Part shown: positions 26,357 to 33,604 of the stretch, in pieces | How the letters are laid out: each line of letters begins with the position of its first letter | Position numbering within the stretch: the first letter of the stretch is position 1 | DNA from: a virus | Taxonomy: Duplodnaviria; Caudoviricetes | DNA length: 38,405 nt | IMG/VR virus record: IMGVR_UViG_3300027835_000012 | Span: 1-38,405 of that record | Reading direction: 5' to 3' (one strand) | The notes under the pieces: model-generated | The model's input: the letters and a program-made list of their open reading frames with translations, nothing else | Told to the model about the DNA's origin: nothing | Database searches by the model: none | Position numbers and translations under genes: made by a program

Positions 26357-28660
26357 ATGAACTTCGATTCTCCAAATTCCTGTCTGACTGAGATTTACCA
26401 GATGCTCATTGCGCAACAGCGCACGATGCAGAACCGGACCAAAATCAACCGCCTCTTCAATGGCGACACGCCCAACACCGAAGAGGAAGCGCGAGCTGAG
26501 AATATGAAGACCAATGCGAATTGGCTTGAAGGCCCGCGCATCGCGTCGAATGCAACCAATCAAATCAACAACTCCTTCTTCAAAGGAGACAAATTCTTCT
26601 CCGTGAGGATCGACAATGGACCCATCCAATTCCGTCAACTTTGGTCGAATACGATAACGAATTACATCAACCGGGAACTCAAACGGTCCAAGCAGTACTA
26701 TTCGGCCCGTGAATCAGCGAATGCCCAGGTAGTCCTGCATGGCCCTGGCCCCAGTGTTTGGCAGAACCGGCGTTGCCCAGTTCCAAGCGTCGTTGGTGTT
26801 GAGGATGTACTGGTGCCATCCGCGACACTCACGTCATTCAGTAATCTGGATCGGTTCGCCATTTATCGTGAAATCAGTTGGCCGGAACTTTACTCGTCAG
26901 TCCACGGTCCCAATTTCGATTCAGGATGGAATCGAGACTACGCCGCAGCTTTCCTGGCTCGGATGTATAAAACTGGCGTCGTGCCGGTGTACCAAGGCAA
27001 CCGATGGCTGTTTCCAGAAAAGCTTTGGGAGGATATCAAGGAAGGATCGGCAACGGTCGCCTCCAGTTCGTTGCCGAAACTTTTGACATGGGATTTCTTC
27101 TACCAGGACGACAAGACCGGCAAAGTGAACCGGCGCATGATCGTCGATTACCAGAACATCACAAGTATCGGATTGAAAGATACGCCGGTCGATAAAAACC
27201 GGGGATTCCTCTACAGCCGGGACAATTATGCTGCTGATTGGTCTGAAGTGATTCATTGGTTCATCGGCAACTGCTCAAACGTCGCTCCTTACCGTTACTA
27301 CTCAATCCGATCCATAGGTTATCTTCTCTTTGCTGTTTGCACGATCCAAAACAAACTCAGGAACCGGCTGTATGACCACATGTTCCAGGCGTTGCTTACT
27401 CTATTCCGAAACATTTCCGATGATGACCGGGAAAAGCTGGGTTTGATCGACCTGCAAAACTTCGGCATCATGCCGGATGGAGTTTCTATGGTTCCAGCCC
27501 AGGAACGTCATGTTGTTGACCAGAATTTGATCCTCATGGGCTTGAACCAGGGACGGCAACTCATGCAGGAATCTTCCACTGGTTTTCTACCAGACATGCC
27601 AAGTGCCGGAGAAGGCCCAGCGATGACCGCGTACGAGACGATGGTGCGTCAGATGATGAGCACGACATTCACCAGCGCTGTCATGGGCCAGCTTGTGAGG
27701 CAATCAGTTGAACAACACCGTGAGATTTGCCGCCGCTTCTGCATCAAAGATAATCCCGATCCGATGACAAAGAGATTTCGGGAAAACATCCAGAAGGAAG
27801 GCGTTCCATTGGAAATGCTCGACGTTGATACCTGGGAGATCATCCCCGAGCAAACCGTCGGCGGCGGCAGCAAGGCAGTCGAATTGACAGTCACGCAGCA
27901 GCTTTTACAAGAGATCGCCCCAGCCGTAGGACCGGAAGCACAGAGAGCGATCTATCGCCGGCGCGCTCTGGCACTCACCGATAACGTGATGGACGCCGCT
28001 GCGATGGTGCCGGAACCCCCTGCTCCACCAACCGATGACGTGCAATATGCGCAAACGGCTTTCACGTTCTTGATGATAAACCCACAGTTTGAGGTCAAAG
28101 AAGGGATCAATCGCACGGTTTACGTCACAACATTACTCAAGTTGGCCGATTTCACGTTCCAGCAACTCCAAGGCTTGCTTCAGCACCCGGAAGGACTGGC
28201 TATTGCCGCGGAACGGATTATGGGATTGGCAAACATTGCCGAGCATTGCGAGCCAATAATCGTGCAAATTGCACAGGATCAAACTCAGAAAGCTGCGGCC
28301 AAACAACTCGTCAAGGTCCTGATGAAGTTGCAGCAAGAACTTCAACAAGCAGCAAAACAGATCGAGGCTGCCGAGCAAGAAAAGTCGCAACAAGGTGGAA
28401 TTGATCCACAAACCGAGGCAAAGATTCAGGAACGGCTGCTTATGGCGCATACCGACGCGCAGATCAAACATGACGCGGCGGCTGAGAAACAGAAACAAAA
28501 GGACATCGCATTTTACAACGAGAATCTTCGAAGGAATGCCTCGACCTTTGCTGAAGTTCAACGCGGACACGCCAAGACACAGGCGGAGATTGCGGGAACG
28601 GATTTGACGACACAAGCTGAGATTTTGAGAGGGCAACGGAATCCACAACCCAGCGAATGA
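26357..28660 (+). CDS. Portal protein
   Basis: About 767 aa, 'MTAYET' motif, Gln-rich coiled-coil C-terminus; located between terminase and scaffold. Confidence 0.8.
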   Translation: MNFDSPNSCLTEIYQMLIAQQRTMQNRTKINRLFNGDTPNTEEEARAENMKTNANWLEGPRIASNATNQINNSFFKGDKFFSVRIDNGPIQFRQLWSNTITNYINRELKRSKQYYSARESANAQVVLHGPGPSVWQNRRCPVPSVVGVEDVLVPSATLTSFSNLDRFAIYREISWPELYSSVHGPNFDSGWNRDYAAAFLARMYKTGVVPVYQGNRWLFPEKLWEDIKEGSATVASSSLPKLLTWDFFYQDDKTGKVNRRMIVDYQNITSIGLKDTPVDKNRGFLYSRDNYAADWSEVIHWFIGNCSNVAPYRYYSIRSIGYLLFAVCTIQNKLRNRLYDHMFQALLTLFRNISDDDREKLGLIDLQNFGIMPDGVSMVPAQERHVVDQNLILMGLNQGRQLMQESSTGFLPDMPSAGEGPAMTAYETMVRQMMSTTFTSAVMGQLVRQSVEQHREICRRFCIKDNPDPMTKRFRENIQKEGVPLEMLDVDTWEIIPEQTVGGGSKAVELTVTQQLLQEIAPAVGPEAQRAIYRRRALALTDNVMDAAAMVPEPPAPPTDDVQYAQTAFTFLMINPQFEVKEGINRTVYVTTLLKLADFTFQQLQGLLQHPEGLAIAAERIMGLANIAEHCEPIIVQIAQDQTQKAAAKQLVKVLMKLQQELQQAAKQIEAAEQEKSQQGGIDPQTEAKIQERLLMAHTDAQIKHDAAAEKQKQKDIAFYNENLRRNASTFAEVQRGHAKTQAEIAGTDLTTQAEILRGQRNPQPSE

Positions 28661-28890
28661 ACCGACGTAACTTCCTATCTGGCATTCTCACATCCTGTGT
28701 AGCGCCTGGGTTTCTTCCGGGAATTGGCCGTACATGGAAACAGACTTGCAAATTGTGGCTGCCAGCACAAAATTGGAGATATTGGAGATTCTACGATACC
28801 AACCTTAAAGCCTGGTCACAAGAATCTTCGGCAGAATGGCTCATACGTGTTACAGGATTACCAGCCAAAGAATTATTCTACTTCGAATGA
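28657..28890 (+). CDS. Small protein with twin-arginine-like N-terminus
   Basis: MNRRNFLSG followed by a moderately hydrophobic stretch; ATGA overlaps on both sides. Confidence 0.6.
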   Translation: MNRRNFLSGILTSCVAPGFLPGIGRTWKQTCKLWLPAQNWRYWRFYDTNLKAWSQESSAEWLIRVTGLPAKELFYFE

Positions 28891-29156
28891 GCCGATTTAA
28901 ATTCACGCCCAAAGCTGATTTTCTAGCTGACAAAGCAAGAGCCAGTGCGCATCAAGATGTGGTTCTCTCTCCGCAGTTCAGAGAGGCGGCAAAAACGGCA
29001 CTTCTCCATTATTCAAGTGTCTTGGATAAAACCGATGGCAAATCCATTCTCTTACTCAAAGGCGCGGAAGATTTTCTAAATGTCCTGTTGAATCTTGGAG
29101 AAGCGTTGCCACCAACCGAAATACCCCAGGAAGAGTACCTCAATCCGATTAACTAA
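28887..29156 (+). CDS. Portal-adjacent hypothetical protein
   Basis: 89 aa, ATGA overlap, 'GAEDFL..L.NL' helix. Confidence 0.65.
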   Translation: MSRFKFTPKADFLADKARASAHQDVVLSPQFREAAKTALLHYSSVLDKTDGKSILLLKGAEDFLNVLLNLGEALPPTEIPQEEYLNPIN

Positions 29157-29187
29157 AGGCTTAACCTGTACAGATAGAAGATTTCGT

Positions 29188-29478
29188 ATGATGATCCGAT
29201 TTAAACCCACTCAAAATCGTGTGCTTATTGAACCTCTTGATGGCCAGCTTAAATTCGGGAATATCCACATTCCAGATTCCGCAAAGGAAAAACCCACTGA
29301 AGGAATCATCGTATCCATCGGGAGAGGCAAGATTGATAAAAATGGCGAAATCACACCAATGGAAGTCTTGATCGGCGACCGGGTGCTTTACAACATGTGG
29401 GGAGGAACAGACATCAAAATTAACGGCAAGAAGTACAAAATGCTAAACCACAACGAACTATTAGCTAAACTAGAGTAA
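29188..29478 (+). CDS. groES: Co-chaperonin GroES
   Basis: FKPTQNRVLIE...IPDSAKEKP.EG.IVSIG.G...PMEV..GDRVLY...GGTDIK.NG..Y......LLA. Confidence 0.95.
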   Translation: MMIRFKPTQNRVLIEPLDGQLKFGNIHIPDSAKEKPTEGIIVSIGRGKIDKNGEITPMEVLIGDRVLYNMWGGTDIKINGKKYKMLNHNELLAKLE

Positions 29479-29482
29479 CCCT

Positions 29483-30745
29483 ATGCCAGCAGCAACGCCA
29501 AATACCGTATCCGATATTGACCCTCCTTCCAATCCTCCCGTTCGGCTTAGCGAGATGCCGAGGTTACACAATAACTCCGAACCTGTGTTGACCACAGAAT
29601 CGCTCGCGGAATTGGCTAAACTCACGGGCGACGAACCACCCACGCCGTCGCCAAGAGTGCAAGAACCTCAAAAACCGGCTGTCCCGCCCCCAAGGCTGCC
29701 CCAAGACACGTCGAAACCACAAAGTCCTCCCGAAGTGCCGGACAAGGGCATAAAGGCCGTCCGGGAAGCTCTGGAACGCGCCACAGCCCGTGTCCATGAA
29801 CTTGAAGCAAGTGATTCAACATCAAAAAAGACGCTCGCTGAGGCACAGGGTCTTTTGACACAGCTTAACGGCAAAGTCTCCACCTACGAGAAAGAGATCG
29901 AATCCAGTTACAAACCGCAGATCCAAAAACTGGCCGAAGTCGAAAAACGTCTCCAAGAACGCGAGGAACTGCTTCGAACAAAGGATTTTACAACCAGCCC
30001 GGAGTGGCACGAAAAATACGTCAAACCAGTGGCAGAAGCCCGGCGTGATGCCGAATCTTTGATGTCGGAACTTCTTGTGAATGATGTTGACGGACAAAGG
30101 GCGGCCAGCAAAGAAGACTTTCAAGCTGTGCTGGCAGCGCCAAATCTCAATGAAGCGGCAAGGCGGGCCAAGGAAATGTTCGGTGAAGAGGTCTATCAGA
30201 GCGTGGTTCAACACAGAAACAAGATTCTGTCACTGGAACGATCAAGAAAATCTGCGTTCGACAATGCAGCAGCCGAAAGTGTTGAACATCAAAAACGGCA
30301 GATGGCAGATGGGGCTGCTTACCGGGAACGAATGCGTAGCGTGATGGTATCTGAGATGCAAAAGATTATGGACGCCGATCCAACCGTATTCAAGCCCTCG
30401 GATGAAGATAAGGAAACCAAGGACGCACTAACCGAAGGTCTGAGACTGGCTGACCTGGCCACCACAGGCGATCCTAATTTCACACCCGAACAATTCATGG
30501 GCGTCGTGGCCAGGGCGAGAGCGGGCATAGCTGCGGAAGGTGTGCTCAGGAAACGGCTGACTAAACTCACGAACGAGCGGGACATGCTTCAGAATCAACT
30601 CAAGGAATACCAATCTTCAGAACCCCAGGTCAAGGGACGGCTTGCGCCGGCAGGTAGCGGTCCGACAACCAAAGATCAAGCTACAGAAGACCGCGCCACG
30701 ATGTTAGCTGAAGCGCAAAAGCTGGCTTCACTGCATGGAATGTAA
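29483..30745 (+). CDS. Putative capsid scaffolding protein
   Basis: Pro-rich disordered N-terminus, long charged coiled coils, follows the portal gene. Confidence 0.65.
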   Translation: MPAATPNTVSDIDPPSNPPVRLSEMPRLHNNSEPVLTTESLAELAKLTGDEPPTPSPRVQEPQKPAVPPPRLPQDTSKPQSPPEVPDKGIKAVREALERATARVHELEASDSTSKKTLAEAQGLLTQLNGKVSTYEKEIESSYKPQIQKLAEVEKRLQEREELLRTKDFTTSPEWHEKYVKPVAEARRDAESLMSELLVNDVDGQRAASKEDFQAVLAAPNLNEAARRAKEMFGEEVYQSVVQHRNKILSLERSRKSAFDNAAAESVEHQKRQMADGAAYRERMRSVMVSEMQKIMDADPTVFKPSDEDKETKDALTEGLRLADLATTGDPNFTPEQFMGVVARARAGIAAEGVLRKRLTKLTNERDMLQNQLKEYQSSEPQVKGRLAPAGSGPTTKDQATEDRATMLAEAQKLASLHGM

Positions 30746-30762
30746 TCAACCACGAATGTAGC

Positions 30763-30894
30763 TTGACTAACAGCTTTATTTGGTAGAAACTCTCACTGTT
30801 CGACCTCGGTTCTCCACCGATGACGAGCAGACTTTAAGCCCGCTTAGTCATCCACTTCCCCAGTGGATGTGGAGAACTGAGCGGGTTTTTTTTT
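30763..30894 (+). promoter_or_regulatory. Putative promoter plus structured RNA ending in an intrinsic terminator (copy 4)
   Basis: TTGACT at 30763. Stem 30796-30802/30824-30830 encloses hairpin TCGGT/ACCGA. GTTCTCCAC (30809-30817) complements GTGGAGAAC (30869-30877). Confidence 0.6.
30836..30894 (+). terminator. Rho-independent terminator
   Basis: AAGCCCGCTTAGT/ACTGAGCGGGTTT stem with inner hairpin CATCCACT/AGTGGATG and a T9 tract. Confidence 0.75.
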
Positions 30895-31137
30895 AAACCT
30901 ACCGAACCGTGTTCGCAAACGAGCACACGCCAAAAGCAAGTTAGAAAGTCCTGGGTAGGTTAATGGCAGTGCCAGATGGACGGCGGGACTCTAAAAAATG
31001 CTCTCCAGGGGTTCTCCCTAACCAGAAGCGTGGTTAACCTCAAAATCGGAAACGGGTTTTGGGGGGAAGGGGGGTTTGCTCCTATCTCCTTTTCTAATCC
31101 GAGTCTGTCTCCTAAACTGGCGACCCGCTCCACCATG

Positions 31138-31293
31138 TCAGCGAACACGCAGCAAACGTTTATTACTTCGTTTAGCCTTAGCGCTAGCGTGTCGTGTTCT
31201 GCTGGCTAAAATGGCTCCAGCTCGTTTGAGAGAGTAGCCACCCTTTTCAGAAATGGATTTGGCTACAGCTTTGAATCCGGGGTGAGCTTTCAT
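31138..31293 (-). CDS. Small basic phage protein (51 aa, absent from the ORF track)
   Basis: Hand translation MKAHPGFKAVAKSISEKGGYSLKRAGAILASRTRHASAKAKRSNKRLLRVR; ATGA overlap with the upstream ORF. Confidence 0.75.
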   Translation of the reverse strand: MKAHPGFKAVAKSISEKGGYSLKRAGAILASRTRHASAKAKRSNKRLLRVR

Positions 31294-31523
31294 AATGTTT
31301 TGTTTCTTCGGCTCAGTCTGTCGATCGCCAGACGAAGGCGGGTCAGATCAAGGGGTGACACCGGAGAGATTGTTGCCTTCAGAGTCGGCGCTTCCCATTC
31401 GGATGGTCGGGGCCAGATTTCAGGCGGACCAAAACAACGACACGTTCTGTAAGGAGAGTAAAAGTAGCCATCCTTGAATTGCAGGACTGGTCTTCCGCCT
31501 ATGCTTGGAATCATTGCTGGCAT
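31290..31523 (-). CDS. Hypothetical protein
   Basis: 77 aa, coupled to both neighbours. Confidence 0.5.
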   Translation of the reverse strand: MPAMIPSIGGRPVLQFKDGYFYSPYRTCRCFGPPEIWPRPSEWEAPTLKATISPVSPLDLTRLRLAIDRLSRRNKTL

Positions 31524-31648
31524 CAGCGATTACGCCAATCGCGGGGTGGAAGGTGAAACTCTTCGGTCCGAAATTCATGGATAATCAACACCCCGGAGAT
31601 GAACCCAATCAGGAAACCAACGACAACTCCGATAAAAAAGAGGATCAT
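31523..31648 (-). CDS. 41-aa single-pass membrane micro-protein (absent from the ORF track)
   Basis: Hand translation MILFFIGVVVGFLIGFISGVLIIHEFRTEEFHLPPRDWRNR. Confidence 0.65.
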   Translation of the reverse strand: MILFFIGVVVGFLIGFISGVLIIHEFRTEEFHLPPRDWRNR

Positions 31649-31669
31649 GGTTTATCTGCGGCGTACCAA

Positions 31670-31855
31670 TTATTGCTTTTTGTCATCATTGCCGTTAATC
31701 CCATGCTCCTTGGAATACCATTTCCAGATCATATCCATCTTCCACTGCATTTTTTGGAGTAACAGCGAAACTTTCCAGACCGCACCAAGCACCGAGACAA
31801 TTACAATGACAATACTCAGGACATTTCCAAAAGAGACAGTTGGTTCGAAGTGCAT
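31670..31855 (-). CDS. Small single-TM protein (holin-like)
   Basis: MHFEPTVSFGNVL then a TM helix and a charged tail. Confidence 0.65.
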   Translation of the reverse strand: MHFEPTVSFGNVLSIVIVIVSVLGAVWKVSLLLQKMQWKMDMIWKWYSKEHGINGNDDKKQ

Positions 31856-31858
31856 AGT

Positions 31859-32032
31859 TCATTTTCTAAATTTGTCCAAAACTTCCTTTTGATGATTCAG
31901 AATCAAGTCTTCTTTGGCTTCAATTTGACACAATACTTTTATCAATCTACGATAACAGATTAAAACGATAAGGACCATGACGATCGCGTGAAGCGTTGTG
32001 CCAATCGAAATAGTGTTGTCGAAGTGGATCAT
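31859..32032 (-). CDS. Small single-TM protein, paralog of 31670-31855
   Basis: MIHFDNTISIGTTL then a TM helix; ATGA overlap with the protease gene. Confidence 0.65.
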   Translation of the reverse strand: MIHFDNTISIGTTLHAIVMVLIVLICYRRLIKVLCQIEAKEDLILNHQKEVLDKFRK

Positions 32033-32811
32033 ATTCCTTTCTCCACGAGACTGATTGTCCACAAGTCACTGGCGTAATTAAGCATGAAGTTGAATGGCAT
32101 CCATCCGTAGCCACCCATGCCCCAATTATCTCCCCAGCTATTTCGCACCAGAAAGTTCTGCGTGTGATCATCATACCCAAGCGTGAGCATTGAGTGCCCG
32201 CCGATGATCTCATCGTCTGGTAGTGGCATCGGAATGATTCCCGTGTCCCAAACCGATTGAAAGTTGAATGATTTGTAAACCGGAAAACCGAAAATGAATG
32301 GGTAAGTAGAAGCCAGACAAAACTTCATCTGCATCAGATCATTGTCCAGACTACGATAAACGATCGTTTGGCTTGCCAGAGCATCTGTGTAGTCCTTCTC
32401 CGGTGGCTTAGTTGCGAACTGTGACACGTCGTAAGCCCACTCATTCTCAGGACAGACTCCCAATGAGTTGAGTGACTTGATTGCGTCCCGGATGTAGCAT
32501 CCGGTATCCCATTCCGCCCAGCCTTGAACGTCTCGCGCATTGTAATAAATGAACAAGCGACTGGGCGACATAAACGAAAGCTTCTGTTTGAATCGAGCCA
32601 CATCAAACAAAGCTGCCGCGGCATTACCCACACAACTTCCAAGATGACCTTGGTAATAAACTGGAGGCATGAATGAACGTAAATCGACGGTAAGAGGGAA
32701 CGGTCGTGGCTTGATGATTATTCCACGAAAAGCTTCGCTCTTCGCAAATTTCAAGTCTCGACGATCACGGTGCTCCTTTAACCAGCCGAATTGTTTGATT
32801 TGTCGCTTCAT
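32029..32811 (-). CDS. Papain-family (C1) cysteine peptidase
   Basis: VDLR...QGHLGSC (Gln/Cys), SRLFIYYNAR, GGHSM...GYDD (His), RNSWG..WG..GY (Asn). Confidence 0.93.
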   Translation of the reverse strand: MKRQIKQFGWLKEHRDRRDLKFAKSEAFRGIIIKPRPFPLTVDLRSFMPPVYYQGHLGSCVGNAAAALFDVARFKQKLSFMSPSRLFIYYNARDVQGWAEWDTGCYIRDAIKSLNSLGVCPENEWAYDVSQFATKPPEKDYTDALASQTIVYRSLDNDLMQMKFCLASTYPFIFGFPVYKSFNFQSVWDTGIIPMPLPDDEIIGGHSMLTLGYDDHTQNFLVRNSWGDNWGMGGYGWMPFNFMLNYASDLWTISLVEKGI

Positions 32812-32927
32812 TTTTTCTCTTGCTCGCTTAATTTATCTTCCCACTTTGCGTCCGTGAACAACGCGCCGGCCATCCAACCGGCTGAAAATCCGATCATCGT
32901 CCCGATCAATAAGCCCAGCCAAATCAT
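32808..32927 (-). CDS. 39-aa single-pass membrane micro-protein (absent from the ORF track)
   Basis: Hand translation MIWLGLLIGTMIGFSAGWMAGALFTDAKWEDKLSEQEKK; ATGA overlaps on both sides. Confidence 0.7.
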   Translation of the reverse strand: MIWLGLLIGTMIGFSAGWMAGALFTDAKWEDKLSEQEKK

Positions 32928-33037
32928 TTGCGCGGTCTTCGTTCGAGTTCTTCAGCCCAGGATTCATTGACTAGAATAATTGTGATGATCATGCCAATCA
33001 CAAACCCTAGGATGAAACCAACCAAGAACAGGATCAT
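32924..33037 (-). CDS. 37-aa single-pass membrane micro-protein (absent from the ORF track)
   Basis: Hand translation MILFLVGFILGFVIGMIITIILVNESWAEELERRPRK; ATGA overlaps on both sides. Confidence 0.7.
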   Translation of the reverse strand: MILFLVGFILGFVIGMIITIILVNESWAEELERRPRK

Positions 33038-33390
33038 GGCTTGACCGCTGGAATGATTGCTTGGCTAACTACGTTCGTTCCATCGCCGAGATAGACATCC
33101 CCGGTCCCGGTTGTCTCATCAATCCCAGTAGCAAACGGATTGATCCCCTGTTTGAGTTCAAAACTGTCAGCGTACTTCGGCGCATATACAATTCCGTTGG
33201 TGGACGTGGGAATCATTTGATACACGACTGAGCTGAAGCCGAGCTTGATTTCCGGGGTTTGGTTGATTGGGTTTTGACCTACGGTCAATCCGAAGGTTCT
33301 CACTTTGACCGAGACGATCTTATCACTATTAAGCGCAGTCTGACAACCGGTGAGACTAAGAAGTGCGAGGAGGATTAGGTTTGTTTTCAT
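33034..33390 (-). CDS. Lipoprotein
   Basis: MKTNLILLALLSLTG-C lipobox. Confidence 0.75.
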   Translation of the reverse strand: MKTNLILLALLSLTGCQTALNSDKIVSVKVRTFGLTVGQNPINQTPEIKLGFSSVVYQMIPTSTNGIVYAPKYADSFELKQGINPFATGIDETTGTGDVYLGDGTNVVSQAIIPAVKP

Positions 33391-33595
33391 TTTGTTGTTT
33401 GACGAAGATTGCCGTGTCCCCAGTCTGTTTGTCAACGCAACGCTGGCTGACAGCCAGGACGCCCAGAAGTGCCGTGCCGATCACGGCCATGATCTTGCCC
33501 GTGGCATTAACCCAGGGCGGCACCCCGGAAACATCATGCAGAGCTTGACCAGTGGCGGCGATGCAAGCGGCTAAAGTAGTTTCCCAACTGCGCAT
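33356..33595 (-). CDS. Putative holin
   Basis: 79 aa, 'SWETTL' start, two hydrophobic segments and a polar tail. Confidence 0.6.
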   Translation of the reverse strand: MRSWETTLAACIAATGQALHDVSGVPPWVNATGKIMAVIGTALLGVLAVSQRCVDKQTGDTAIFVKQQNENKPNPPRTS

Positions 33596-33604
33596 AGAAG
33601 TTAT

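Noticed and set aside
30960-31209. ORFs 30960-31148 (-) and 30976-31209 (+)
   Set aside because: No recognisable motifs; they overlap the structured region and the better-supported 31138-31293 gene.
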